Assembly: GCA_001938485.1 (NCBI GenBank) | Contig: MQRK01196706.1 | Coordinates: 1 to 64,000 of the forward strand | Source: Girardia tigrina | Taxonomy: Eukaryota | Reading direction: 5' to 3' | DNA length: 64,000 nucleotides | Shown here: positions 41,421 through 54,859 of the stretch, in pieces | Layout: each line of letters starts with the position of its first letter | Position numbering within the stretch: position 1 is the stretch's first letter | Made by a program: the position numbers and the translations under genes | The notes under the pieces: generated by a model | Told to the model about the DNA's origin: nothing | Databases searched by the model: none | What the model saw: only the letters and a program-made list of their open reading frames with translations

Positions 41421-41949
41421 AATATGCCACTCAAAAATATTGTTTAAACGATTAGATATCTTAAGCAATTATTTAATTATAAGATATAAATAAAATATTT
41501 AAAAGAGTATTTAATATTATATTTAAACTAAACATTTCTTCGTGAAACATTGTTTTTTAGATATACAGGCGATTGCTGTTTTTCATATATTTCCATTTTT
41601 CTTATTGTCTTTATTGGTTAAATAAATATTATTTTCTATCGGACAAGACTTTCGTTCCAATCAAATATATGATAATTAAATTTACAATTTTATAGTCCTA
41701 ATTACATTTTACAAATCGCCGTTCGCCGTAAAGTAATCAAGTAAGATTTAGAAAGTATATGGGATCTAAAAATTATTATTAAGGATAAAATTAAAAATGA
41801 ATTAATTTTCTCTACACTGGTTTTGATACTTTTATAATAATCCAAATAGATAAATGTTTTAACTAGACAATCTTCCATATTGATTGTGAACTAGGAGTAA
41901 GATAAATTCACTTTTTTAAAATATGTTACGACACCATAAGAAAGGGTTT

Positions 41950-42290
41950 ATTATGTACCGGAAAAAGTTATGAACATCTTTCCATCAGATTCAAAAAACT
42001 TAGTTTATTATGATAAACAATGTTTAATTCATTACAATATCCAACTGTTAGGATAATCAGTTTTCCGGTAAATATGCGAGATCATTCCACGGGAATAAAG
42101 CAAAAACTGATTTTATTTATGTTGAAAACAGCATATTTTTTAAGGTGTTTGCTGGTCAGGTAACTCGATAATGGAAAAAAGAGATAATAATCTGTTGGAA
42201 AGATGTATTTAGGATACAATGCCTTTTGGTGTCGCTTCTTTTGCTCAAGCATTTTTTGGTAACATGTTTTGGCGCCAAATTTTTTGGTCA
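41950..42290 (-). mobile_element. mariner 3' fragment
   Basis: PTDYYLFFPL motif and a TIR-like end. Confidence 0.55.
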
Positions 42291-42295
42291 CATAT

Positions 42296-42830
42296 TGTTG
42301 GGTATTACAATTAAAACTCGTTTCTATCTTTGATTATATTAAATTGCTAATCTGACTCCAAATCGACCAAAAGGTTTCTTCCAACAATAATATATGAAGA
42401 ATGAACACAAATCTTTTTAATAAACTTTATTTGAAAATGACAAATTAAGTACAAAACTGAAATCGAAACTTTATCGCTAAATCAATAGTTTGAAGCACAC
42501 TTAATCAACACAAATCAATATCAATTTAGAGCGAGCGATATCTGGAAGTCAAACTTCAATCTTTCTCCTTTACAAGATACTAGATTTGTTACCAAAAATT
42601 AAATAAAAAAGATTACCGTAATACATGATGAAATTTAAAAACTTTAGTAGGATCTGCAAGTATAATTTTTGTCCGAAATTTTGTGTGAATAATACTGAAA
42701 TAATAATTGTTTATATACTAGTTTTTTCTAACCTTGAAAATTAGTTAGCTAAAACAAATCTAAAAATATTTACAAATATTATACAAATTTTATTAAAATA
42801 ATGTAAGTCGAAAATTATTGATTTTTAACA
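42296..42830. repeat. Solo LTR-like repeat, family B, copy 2
   Basis: TGTTGGG...TTTTAACA. Matches 33114-33712. Confidence 0.6.
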
Positions 42831-42834
42831 GAGA

Positions 42835-43440
42835 ATTATTTTTTTGACTGTTTCTTTTACTGTTCCCTTCATTGAGGGTTTCAGGAAATTCAAAAAATCT
42901 ATTTTGAAACATGATGAAAATAATTTATTAAATTTAAAAATTGTATCTAGATCATGTAAGATAGGAAGTTTGTTTAGTAGTAAATTTATCACTCCAAATG
43001 GGTTATGTTCCAATTTAGTTTATCAATATAAATGTAATGGGTGTGACGCCACATACATCGGAGAGACTTGTCGTCATCTAAACGGATTCAGGAACATAAT
43101 CGCAGGGAAAGTGATAGTAATATTGCTCAACATAAGAAGAACTGTTTGAATAGTAAAGTTGATGTAAGTAATTTTAAGAACTTGTGTTCACAATTTGATA
43201 ATTACTGGGAGAGGGTGATGTGTGAAGCATTGTTGATCAAATCTTTTGATCCTAAAATCAATGTACAAACACCATCCTCTTCAACTTTATTGAAAGTATT
43301 TTCATGATTTAAATGACATAATGATTACATAAACATTGCTTTGATATATAAACGCGAGTATATCATTGTTAATTCAGTCTGATGATGACGGTTGATCCGT
43401 CGAAATTAATGACAATATATTCTGACGAAATTTTTTTGAC
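42835..43440 (+). mobile_element. Penelope-like element 3' end (GIY-YIG endonuclease and pLTR)
   Basis: VPFIEG, NLVYQYKCNGCDATYIGETCRHL, frameshift, KRIQEH...CEALLIKSFDPKINVQ*. Followed by a hammerhead-like motif. Confidence 0.9.
43377..43413 (+). ncRNA. Degenerate minimal hammerhead ribozyme
   Basis: gt-CTGATGA-t-gacgg(ttgat)ccgtc-GAA-attaat-G-ac. G at the cleavage position and only a 2-bp stem I. Confidence 0.6.
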
Positions 43441-44085
43441 TTTTAAAAATTCATTATCGTCATTTTTTAAATATTTATATATTTTTTTAATTAATTTTTT
43501 ACAAAACTTTTTGATTAAACATTTAAATTTATATTTTGAAACCCCAACAATATTTATTGAATTATTTTATTGAATTTTTTAAAATTAATTTTTGTTATGG
43601 TAACCAAATTTAAAAAAAGCTTTAAAAAATTAATTTTATAAAAAATAATGTAAAGTTTTCTATTACTTATTTATATATGTTATGATAAAAAAGTTTAAAC
43701 TAATAATACTAATTTTTGAAATACAATGTTTGTTAATGGTAAATATCTTTCTTTAGAATCGTTCCTCAAGCTGCCATAATATCAATCTAGTTTTGGAGAT
43801 TGTTATACGTCCCACCCTTGTCTTCACAGAAGTCAATTCGATAAATGAAAGAATCACTGATTACTCAGACCGTTAAACAATTGCAGATCAACAAACCTGT
43901 ATTTTTTGTTTTTACCTAATCTGTGGAAGCCATTTTTCAAGCTTTAACATAAAACCAAAGGCGTGGAGGCATTTCCAGAGGGCCAATTAATCTCATTTGA
44001 ATACTTTCCTAATTTCTTTACCTATTACACTAGGACAAACTAAAATAATTCGACCTTCAATTTTATCACATAAGTAAGCCTAGGA

Positions 44086-44421
44086 CAAGGGTGCGCAAAC
44101 TTTTTGTCGTTGACGGCCACAAAGAAATAAGTCTTCTAGAACTAGGGCAGCATGAATTTCAAAGCGATAATTGGCCGTGTGTAGCTGCCTTACCGCAAAT
44201 GTGGGCCCAAACACAGTCAAGACGCTATTGCCTACCATAAGCCATGAGAATGCACAAACATTTGATATTTATGACCGCTTTATACATTAAAATTTAATAT
44301 TTAAATTTTAATTAATGTTTAAAAATTTAATTTAATGATTAAATTCATACTCTTCTCCACGGCCGAAAACGTTCCTCACTCGGCCCCATACGGCCATACG
44401 GCCACAAATTGCGCCCCTCTG
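44086..44421. mobile_element. hAT MITE
   Basis: caagggtgcgcaa...ttgcgcccctctg. 8-bp TSD gcctagga/gcctagaa. Confidence 0.78.
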
Positions 44422-45929
44422 GCCTAGAACAAATTATAAAAACCTTTTTTCAAGTATTAAATTAACAATATCCAGAATTTTATTGATTTATTATTTTATA
44501 TAAAAATATTATTTTTTAAGTCGAGATATTTGTCTTTTTAGAAATATTTTTAAGATTGAAATTTTTTATTTTTTAACATTTATAAATAAATTGAAAGAGT
44601 AAAAAGTAAATAGATTCTCTAAGCCAAATTATGAATGTTATTGATTTTCTAATTGTCTCAAATATAAATGTTTGTTCTTTGAATAAAAAAGAAAAATATT
44701 ATTTTATTTTTATTTAAATTTATAAAATGAACAAAAAACATTTCGTAATACAAATAACAAAATAATTTGTTTATTTTAAATTTTCCAATTTGTTCTATCA
44801 TCCTCCAATCATTAACTCAAGAATGTGTACTTGGTACTGAAATCTTTGTACCATTTTACATTTCAAATACGTTATTAGTTAAAGTGATTTTTTATTTTCA
44901 ATTTATTTCGTGATACATCTCTTCCTTAATCAAAAAAATGTAAGAGACGAATAGATAAAAAACCGTCATTATACACAAAAAACATCTAGATTATAACACT
45001 TCTCCAGATGAAACCCTCATTAAGTTGAACCTACTTTTCTTGAAAATGAATTTTAATTAAGACTTACACCGTCACAAGTCGAAAATCTCTTTATCCTGCT
45101 TCTAGGACTATTTTCTCGGGAACGTACAACAGAAAATGATTTCTCTAATAACATATTACATTAATTGAAAATTTTATCAAAAAAAGACATATTCAATCTG
45201 TTCAAGAATCAAGATGAGTTTTCGTTTAGTTCAAGTTCTGGTGGGAGGAACTCGAGTGCCATTTTAACTGCTCCGAACAAAAGGAGCGCAGAATTGCCGA
45301 TTTATGAAACTGAATCAAATGATGTAAATTTATTGGTGAAATTATCGTTTGTATATGAATGTTTCTTTAAACTTGTTAATGTTGATAAAATGTTTATTAG
45401 AATTGGTTTTTATTATTAATTTTCGAAAAAAATGTAAATTGTTAATTAAATTTTTAAGAAAAAGTTAAATTTCTTAAATAAGTATTTAATAATATATATA
45501 TATATATATAATTCTTATTTCTTACATTCCATACAGGATAAATATTAAATAAATTGTTTGATTAAACCATTGGATGCTATAAATATAAAATTGAATATCA
45601 ATGCAAAAGATCTCAATGCAAGACACAACACAAAAATAAAAAACCTTAAAAATGAAACAAAACTATTTCACAAATAAATGACATAAACTTACAAAATTAT
45701 TAATACAACATTATTATTATACGATAATTAAAAGTAGCAAACTAAAATACTAAAACTTTTCCAAAAAATATACTAAACAAGCAAAGTTATTTAAATAGTT
45801 TATCTTTTAGACATTTGAAAATAATATGCTATAGATGAAATATTTTGATTATAAACTTATTTATATTGCTTTTTTTACAATCGGCAAAAGCAGCTATATA
45901 GCTAAAAACTGATAAAATCATCAAAAACC

Positions 45930-46550
45930 ATCTACTAATAGAAGGGTATGACTTACTATTGACAATTTAATAAAAGGCGTTGTCCCACACTTCCAGTATA
46001 TTGTTTGTATGGAAAAATATTCAATGTTCTTAGACAACAATTCCAAAACGTGAAAAGGTCGGACGTCTTGTATCATTTGTTCTAGCAATATATCTGAACT
46101 CAAAACACCTTACAACATAATGTGCCTCTGTTGCAAAGTCACTGTAAGACATTCTTGGTAAAAAGAAGATATTATAACTGATTCTCCAATGAAAGACATG
46201 TTATCTAATTAAAAAATATAAAATCAGTTTGATATAATGTTTTAAGACTGTTCTCAACTGTTTTAGACCATAAACGTTGATTTAAAAATCTCTAGACAGC
46301 GATGTAAGTGCAAAAACAGATTTCATCACTAGACAAACTTCACTGGATATTTCGCAAAAATAACCAGTTGATACATCCTTTCTCAATGCAAAAACAAAAG
46401 GTACAGTGGGATTATCAATAATTAATCCATGTAATGTGTAAAAATTAAATTCAAGTGGACCAACACTAAATATACCATTTCGAAATATGTGTTCTGAAGA
46501 TGATAAAATATTAAGCAAAAACTAGCAAATTATCACTTTCATATTATAAA
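45930..46550 (-). mobile_element. MULE (Mutator-like) transposase fragment
   Basis: LSSSEHIFRNGIFSVGP..FYTLHG..TVPFVFAL..Y, then RDF and FH, matching the MULE DGTF...YTIHG...PLVFAL...DFE...CxFH pattern. Confidence 0.65.
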
Positions 46551-46677
46551 AATCTCTGGCAATCAATTGTTGTAGGAAGACGCTTTGAAAAAATAAGTCA
46601 AGATCACTTAAATTATTTCTCCGACATGGACTTCAAATTGTGAAAAGAACGGCCTAGAAGGAAAAGAATTAATAATA

Positions 46678-47533
46678 ACGGGTATAAAGGCAAAATCTGG
46701 ATATTTTAAAATTGAATTAATAATATACTTAAAGTAAGAATGGAATGTTAAGAAAAGAGGTAAACAATTCTGATTGTTCCATGTGTTGATTACAAAACAT
46801 TTAGTCATAAAAAAATGATTTCGAGGAAAAATGATTTTCATGGATGACGAGTGTTATTTCAAACTCAAATCTGATCATCATGACTTTTACAACTCGGACA
46901 TCCAAAACAAACCCCCTATATTGAAATATCAAGTTGAAAAGAAGTTCCCCATTCAGTTGATGGTTTGGATCTGTGTTTCAGAGGATGAAAAGGTTAGTGA
47001 ACCCGTGTTTCTTGAACGCCATAATAGTATCAATGCAAAAATCTATCACGACCCTAGCATTAACACTGCACGGGTGTGCTTTATTGAGAAGGAGTACCGA
47101 GAGAGCAATGTTATGTTCTGGCCAGACCTTGCATCAGTACATTACGCGAATTCCACACTGCAACTGTTGCAGTGACATCATATCCAATTTTAGCCAAAGA
47201 CACCCAACATAATGTCATCCAGTGGATAATGTTTTGGCCAATTTTATATCCGAAGTTTACAAGGGAGGTTAGGAGGTTACAAAGATCATGCCGTTAGAGC
47301 GTTAGGTGAAGAAATCATTGGAGGAAATGGACATGTCGCATTTGAGCAATGATTTTAGGACTGTCAGAGACCGAATAACATGTATGTACCATAATGGACC
47401 ATTGTCTCTTGTTTAATGTGTATTTCATGTTCTACTTGTCCTGTTCATTTGCAAAAAAGGTTTTGCCTTCATTAGACATTTATTTGTATTTTTTGGGATT
47501 GAAAAAATGTCTAGATTTTGCCTTTACACCCGT
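46678..47533 (+). mobile_element. Internally deleted DD37E-like (ITm) element
   Basis: TIRs acgggtataaaggcaaaatctgga / tctagattttgcctttacacccgt. IFMDDECYF and FWPDLASVHYA motifs. Confidence 0.75.
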
Positions 47534-48543
47534 CACTTTCGGGAGAGCTCACCATAACTAAAGAAACATAAGGCCAATAAATATTCTGATTTTACACTTC
47601 TTCCAAATATTCTTGATTTCCTTCTCTTGAGCTCTTTTATTTTTGTCTCAGGCATTTATCTCATTAGTATTTTTATAATTTTATCTTCCGACAAAATTTG
47701 AGCTCTGCAAGTATAATCAGAGAATCTTCAATAGGTTTTCTTTTCTAAAAAACTTCTTTTTACTTTATAAATACTCGTTATATGCAGCTAATCTTGATTT
47801 ACCTGATAAAATAAGTTCTATTCTGTTTATTTTCTGTTTTTTATGAATTTTTACTATTTTTACTATTATTATTATTTACTATTATTTTTACTTCCTCTAA
47901 AATACAATTACGACTTTTGAATTACGACATTTTGGAGTGTGACAAATGAATAACGGCATTTTGATTTACAACATTTTGATAGTAAACCATTTTTTATGAA
48001 AAGATGTATACTTATTTTAATGTTGAAAATGTTCTGTATTAAAAAGGAAGACAGACTGGTCAGTACTGTAAGATGATTACTTATTTAAGATACGTTTTTA
48101 GACAATGTATAAATCATACAGCAAGTTTATGAAATGATTATAATAATTATTATTTGCAACAGCCATCATTAAGACTAAGTCCTTTTAATTAAAAAGATAA
48201 ACAAAATTATTTTTTACACTCTCCTAAAGGAAAGCAAGCAATTTATTTATAACGTAATATGACAAAAATTAATTAAAAGAAGAAAGCTCGTGAAGTTTTA
48301 ATTAATGAAATTTCATAAGTAATTTGCTTAAAAAGTAATTTAGAATAAATCACGATCTACAGCAACTGAGCAATTATGTAAAACAATTGGAAAACCGAAA
48401 ATTCAATCAGTGAGATTAAAGTTATTGTTTATGAAAAAAAAATTTAAGTTAAAAAAAACAATTTTGTAATATAATAATAAGCTTAATCCTTCACTAAATG
48501 TACTCACTTTTATCGGTGAGGACATACTTTACATACAATAGCA

Positions 48544-48584
<41 letters not shown>

Positions 48585-49790
48585 TAACTTAAATTTAAGG
48601 TGATGAATTCATAAATGTTTTATTTTTGTATTGCATGAAAGTTCCTTTTAAACATTTCTATTATGAAATAATGTTACTTAAAAAAAATTATAAGTTTTCC
48701 ATTGACAGAGGTACATTAATTTTATTTTCTTTAAATTTCTTATAAATTTTAATAAATTATAAATTAATTTAATAAATTGTAAGATTCGAGAGGATTTTTT
48801 CAAATCTTGATTTAAAGAAGAAACGAAAATTGACATTATCCAAAATTTTATTATTATTACACAATAACATATTTTTTAACAAATTTTCAAGTAACAATTT
48901 TGTTTTTCACAAACTTTTTTATACATAAAGATATTAAAAAATAAATACGAATACCTAATTTATTATTTCTTTTTTTTAATTTAAAAAATTAGTTTTATAA
49001 CTAGAGAAATTATATAAATAAATAAAATACAACAATGACTTTAAACAGAATATAATTGTAACGTAATTAAACAGACGGAGGGAAAAGAAGGATGACAAAC
49101 GAATGATCAAGAATAAACAGAAAAAAGTGAATCATAGAGGATTAGTCAGTAGATAATTTAATTTACAGTAGGATACGGTCTCAGTGTGGAAATCGGTAAT
49201 TGGTTTGTAGTTTTCTTTGATAAATAGAATCTGATAAATATCGGAATATTTTCGTGTTTTTGAGGATTTTTGAGTTATTTTTGATTGATGTAATGTCAGA
49301 CATTGATGTAATTACAATTCCAATGCGAAACGTTTTCAGTATGTTTTCAACGTACTTTCAGTAAAATTTCAAAATGTTTTTGGTTCTTCGGATGTCTTCT
49401 AGGATTAAGAATAATTTTTGTAATTTCAGTAATAGTTTCAATGAATTCAGTTAGAGGAGGTTCGATAAACTCGATAACAGAAAAAAACTAATAATTTAAT
49501 CTTATATAATTATGTGATCGATTAATCGATGCACATTTGAATATAAAATTTTAAATAATCTTAACAACTTAATTTCGTTAAGGTGAATATAATAATTATT
49601 ATTTAGGTGGTATATAATAATATGATACATGATACATAATAATGATATGTAATATAATAATTAAATAATAAATAAGAATATTAATAAGTAATTATATAAT
49701 AGATATATATTATGTTTTACGTAAAATTAAAAATAGGTAAAATTTAAAAAAATTAAAAATTTTTAAAACACTGACCAATAAAACAAGTTA

Positions 49791-50556
49791 CCGTATTACT
49801 TCGATTTAACGTCGCGGCGTTTATTTCAAATGCTGAATCGAAGGTGCGGCGTTAAATCGAAGGCGGTGTTTATTCGACGGCGGCGTTTATTTCAGAAAAT
49901 AAAAAATTAAAATTAAAAAACCTTTATTCAAAAAAATAATAATTTGTTTAAAAATAAACAATATATTCGCTTATTTTTTATAGAAAAGAATGCCGAGCAA
50001 ACGATCTTATGACCAAGCTTTCAAACAGAGCTGTAGACCTAGCAAAAACGAAAAGAAATCGTCTAGCAGCAGCGCAGCTTCATGTTGACGAAAAACGGAT
50101 TCGTGAGTGGAGACAACAGGAAGCCACTGGTAAGTTTTCATATCTGTATGCGTCAATTGGAGTATGCAAAGCCTCAAAACGACAAGATCTTCCTGGCGAT
50201 ATCGTAAAGTTAATAATGAAGAAATGGAAATTAAAATACGACAATGGATTTTAGATGAGCGCTCACTCTATCATCGAGTTACACGCAAATTTATATGCAG
50301 CAAGGCTATTGCTCTAACCAACGACCCCAACGTCAAAGCAAGCCTTGGATGGATAGAAAAATTTATGGAGCGTCATAATTTCGTCCTCCGTAGTAAAACA
50401 ACAACTGCGCAACGACTTCAAATAATAAAATTATACTGGTGCTGGAAACACAATCGTACTTTTAGATATATTATATTATAAAATATGATTGATTGTATAA
50501 TCGTATTCTTTAATGCGGTGTTTATAAGAGGGCGGCGTTAAATCGAAGTAATACGG
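49791..50556 (+). mobile_element. Internally deleted pogo element (Brinker-type DBD and CENP-B HTH)
   Basis: TIRs ccgtattacttcgatttaacg / cgttaaatcgaagtaatacgg, TA TSD. VDEKRIREWR and KASLGWIEKFMERHNFVLRSKTTTAQRL. Confidence 0.9.
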
Positions 50557-51059
50557 TATTAATAATTTAAATTGACGTTTATTGATATGAAGCAATCAAA
50601 CAAAAAAATTGAGTAACGAAATGTTAAGTCATTGTCGAAATATAACTATTTTAAATTATTGTAATCATGCCTAAAAATTTTATACTTGACAACCTAATAC
50701 ATCGACTCTATTAATATAAAAAATTTAACTTTAATTGTAATTTTAACTTTTCATTTAAACTTTATAATTATTTTAAGATCTGTGAATTTTATCCCAATAT
50801 TTAAATTGTCATTCTTCCCTCTTTAATTTTTTTTAATTTTAATATCAATTTCCAAAAACCATGAAATTGAAGAGGTAAAATTAAATGAATCCCAATATAA
50901 TTACTTTAATTAAAACTAGTAAATCAAAAAATTAATTTTTTTATATCCATTCTTTATGCAGACAGAACTCTACTTTGCAAAAAAAGTTTTTAAAATTTAA
51001 AAAAATTAAATTATAAAAAACACAATAAAAAATAATATAAACTACTTATAATTTATAAG

Positions 51060-51340
51060 TAGATATCAGGAAATTATTGTTGTTCGGGAACTCCAAATTT
51101 TCTGGTTTTTTTTCCCATTTTGGGACTTTAAAAAGTTTTTTTCGATCATATTTTACGATCATTTATTGTCATCGAGAATGAGCAAGTGTGCAAAGTTTGA
51201 AGAAAATCGATTGAGTAAAAGGCCTTCAAAAACAGGTTCCTAAATTCCATGGATACACACACACACACANNNNNNNNNNNNNNNNNNNNNNNNNNNNNNN
51301 NNNNNNNNNNTATATATATATATATATATATAAAGTAAGC
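51060..51340 (+). mobile_element. Helitron-derived (HINE/DINE-like) non-autonomous repeat
   Basis: gtgtgcaaagtttgaagaaaatcg core followed by (CA)n and (TA)n, the usual layout of such elements. Confidence 0.45.
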
Positions 51341-51557
51341 TAATAAAAAGAATTGAAAAATACATGACTAAAGACATAAATATCCTTGAAAAAGTGTTAT
51401 TTTGCTGACAAAACCATTATTGATATCCAAACCGTTAGGCTTAACCATAAATTATAACATGCATTTTATTTTATTTTATAATTTTATAAGACGTTAAATA
51501 CAATATTTATGATAGAAATAAAAAAATTAAATCAAAGATAATATATCAATTTATAAC

Positions 51558-51785
51558 CTTTGCTAATTTGGAAGAATACGGCTCTTCCATTGTTTGCCAA
51601 AGCTTTGGTTGGTTTCTTTGCCAAAGTGACATTTCATTGTCTTGAAATCTGTCCAACAATCCGAATTTTTTATATAAATCTTCTTCGCTCATTTTGTCGG
51701 AATCTATGTCCACTTTGTCAAGCGTTGTTAAAATATCCTGAGTGCTTCGATGTAAAGTGTACGTCATCCAACAACACGGTTCTAC
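51558..51785 (-). CDS. Shaw: Shaw/Kv3 channel exon (end of T1 and T1-S1 linker)
   Basis: Acceptor TATAG|GTA, then VEPCCWMTYTLHR...WQTMEEPYSSKLAK, donor AAG|GTTATA. 228 nt, phase 0 at both ends, joins NQ|VEPCCW in frame. Confidence 0.95.
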
Positions 51786-52690
51786 CTATAATAATAAATA
51801 ACTAATTTAATAAAATATAATCTACGTAATATGAATCATTGATATATTGGTAAAAGATTGACATTCAGGAATTATATTTATAAAGTATTTAATATTATAT
51901 TATGCAGAACTAAGTCAAAAAATATAAACTCAAACTGAAGAAAAAGGCGAAGGTAGAGAGAGAATATTTAATGTCTCTTCTAAAATGAATAATAACGATT
52001 ATTATTATCATTGAATAAAATTTCATTGATTTTTCTCTAATTATTTTTCTTCCTCCATTTAGGGAAAAGGTTTACTTATTTTGTAGAAAGCATGAAGGGA
52101 ATTTACTGCTTCCTCTGTACAATTAATTATACAATAATACAAATAATAAGGATCATTTTAATCAAAACTATATAATAAAATACAGTATCCTGCCAACATA
52201 AGACAACAGAAACTCAAAGAGCTTCAACTTTTAATTGGAATGAAATAATGAATGTTTTTTTTTCAATCCATTTAAGATAAAATCGTAATTAGAGTTAATC
52301 AAAAAATTAGCAAATATAAAATGTACCAAATATAATCTCCTGTTTGTTCGACGTTAATATTTAATTAATAAAAAAAACGTTTTTGCTAAATTGAATAAAA
52401 GTTAAAATTTATATTCTTCAGTAGCGCTCAAAATGATACCGACAACATTTTAGTTTAAATGTTTTTTTTTAAAAAAATATTGCTTAAAGGACTTAATAAT
52501 ATTAACAATTTAAATATTGTTTTGTTCATTTTTTATCGGTATTTCCAAATTCATAAATCCTTTTTTATACAACTTTAACTATTTTCATAATTCGAAACAA
52601 AAAAAGATCATTTTACTACTTAAAATGATTAGGACAGTGTTATTAAAATTATATTTCTGCATATACAGGAAAATGGTGACTAGAACTATA

Positions 52691-52960
52691 CAGTAATGTT
52701 CGAAAAATAAAATATAATCAATATTTTGTTGGATATCCCTTTGACTTGATTACTGCCTGGTACCGGCGAGGCATACTGTCCACTAGATTGATGCAAACAT
52801 CAATTGGAATGCAGTTGATTTTTTCGAATAATTCCTACTCATTTGATGCCTTAAAAACAATCAACTCTCTTCCAACATATTCACAAAGATGTTCTATTGG
52901 GTTGAGATCTTGCGAAGGAGATGCCCATTCGAAAATTGACTCACAATTTTCTTACTCCAA
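52691..52960 (-). mobile_element. Tc1 3' fragment
   Basis: WASPSQDLNPIEHL...LVDSMPRRYQAVIKSKGYPTKY*. ta|cagt terminus. Confidence 0.8.
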
Positions 52961-53259
52961 TGTCCCCCAGCATATTCTGCACAGTTTTCTGGTTCACATT
53001 ATTTCTGTTTGACAGCTCTCTCTGAGTGATTCGTCTCTCTTTAACAATTATCGATACAAATTCCAATATTTCATCAGGAATTTCTTAAGCGCTCCCACTT
53101 CTTTCTTCGTCAAACACATTGCTCCTCCCAGAGGAAAACTCGAATAACGCTGCCAAATTCCACTGACTGGTACATTTTTTTTAAAGTTTACAGAAAATAA
53201 TGCTTTTAAGCATTAAAGACGTTAAACAAACTTGATATTATTTACCTAAATATATTTGT

Positions 53260-53600
53260 TGTACTATATTAAAAATGTATTGCTAATAACTCTTCTTTCA
53301 TATCAAAATTGTTTGTTATTGCGATTAGAAAATAATTAATTAATCAGTATCTTTAATATCACAGATTCCATCCAAAGCTATTCCAGAAATGATGTCTTAT
53401 ATAAAATTTAGTAACTTGGTATTTAGATTCTCATTAATAATTTCAATTCGCATTGTAATAGTATGACGGGAAAAATTAACATTTTCAAAATTAATTTTTA
53501 TTTTACATGCATCCATCAAACATGTTTTTAGAAATTCTCCTTCCAAAAAAGGTTTGCCTTTACTTCGATGTAAACAGGTGAACGTTTTGTTGAAAGTTGC
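53260..53600 (-). mobile_element. hAT (SPIN/GTF2IRD2-like) transposase fragment
   Basis: KGKPFLEGEFLKTCL...FSRHTITMRI...IALDGS. Confidence 0.7.
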
Positions 53601-53843
53601 CCTAGATTCAATTTGAATTGTGATATTAATAAAAATGTTAGTAATCATGCTAGAGTTCTTAATAAGTAATCTTAATGTTAATTAATCATAAGTAATGGTA
53701 ATATATGTAATCTGATGCTACTTTTAAAACATATATTAGCAGGGAGATGATATTTTTGCTTGTCAACATTTTTCAAGCGAACGTATATGAGAAAAATCTA
53801 CCAAATCACTACTTTATATGATACTTTAGGATTAAAGTTTTTA

Positions 53844-54680
53844 TTAGGTTGAGTCATGAATAACTTCCGTTTAGTTTCATACATTTATTTTTCAATTACA
53901 AAAGAAACTAATTTAGAATGTAATCTCCCTTATTTGTTTCTTGTTTTTAACTTATTGATTTTTTCTTCGTAAAACATGGCCGGTTTAGAGTGGAAGAAGC
54001 CAAGGGCAGCCTCATTCAGTGCCTGGTCTGAATCAAAAAATATTTCCATTTGAGAAATTCGGCAAGGAGTAGAAAAGATGATAATCTGTCGGAGCAATGT
54101 CCAGAAAGTATGGTGGATGAGGTAAAACAGACCAGCCATGTTCGAGAATTTTTTCTTGAGTCACCATGTGGTCTTGCATAATTGTGCAACAGAAGGACGT
54201 TTTTACGGTTGGCGAGTGCAGGGCATGTCTCCAAAAGTTTTTCGTGTACTCTTTGCAGTTGTTTAACATACATATCTGCAGTAACAGTTTCATTCCTGTT
54301 TAAAAACTCATAGTGAATGAAATCTTGGTCACCCCACCATACACACAACAAAGTTTTCTTCCCATGAATGTTCGCTTTAGGATCCGATAGAGGTGGTCGG
54401 CCTTTATCAAGACTCTACCTCTTTTGGGCGAAGTGACCCCTTTTTCATCACCTGTGACATTATTCTTGAAAAAAAATTCATTTTTTCTCTTGAGAGGAGA
54501 CATGTGGCAATCAACATCCTATCCGCTTTATTGTGTTCACTTAAATTACGGGGTACCCATTGTCTCAGTTTGCTTATTTTCCCCAATTTCTGTAGGTGGT
54601 AGCAAACAGTTGATTGTGACATATTAAGCTTCTCTGCTAATTCTCTCGTTGTTTGGCGCAGATTTTGTTGCAATAGTGAA
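53844..54680 (-). mobile_element. 5'-truncated mariner
   Basis: QWVPRNL, VTGDEK, MLCVWW, LHNYARPH, HPPYFLDIAPTDYHLF. TIR ttaggttgagtcatg. Confidence 0.88.
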
Positions 54681-54859
54681 TAATAATTAAAATAGACCAA
54701 ATATTATAATAGACGGGTTCTAATTGAGTCACTTTTGCAAATTACAGATGCAAAAGGCTTTTAACAACAATTCATCCACATATATATTATTTATTCCTTT
54801 TCAAGAATCCCTATCGTTTTTTAAATAACCCACGAAATCAACAGAGGCATCAAAATCGA

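Noticed and set aside
45050-45419. 84-aa ORF and surrounding coding-like patch
   Set aside because: No recognisable domain or splice context.
47905-47990. Short ttacgacattttg repeats as a CRISPR-like array
   Set aside because: Eukaryotic context, no unique spacers and no cas genes. More likely a DNA-transposon terminal repeat.
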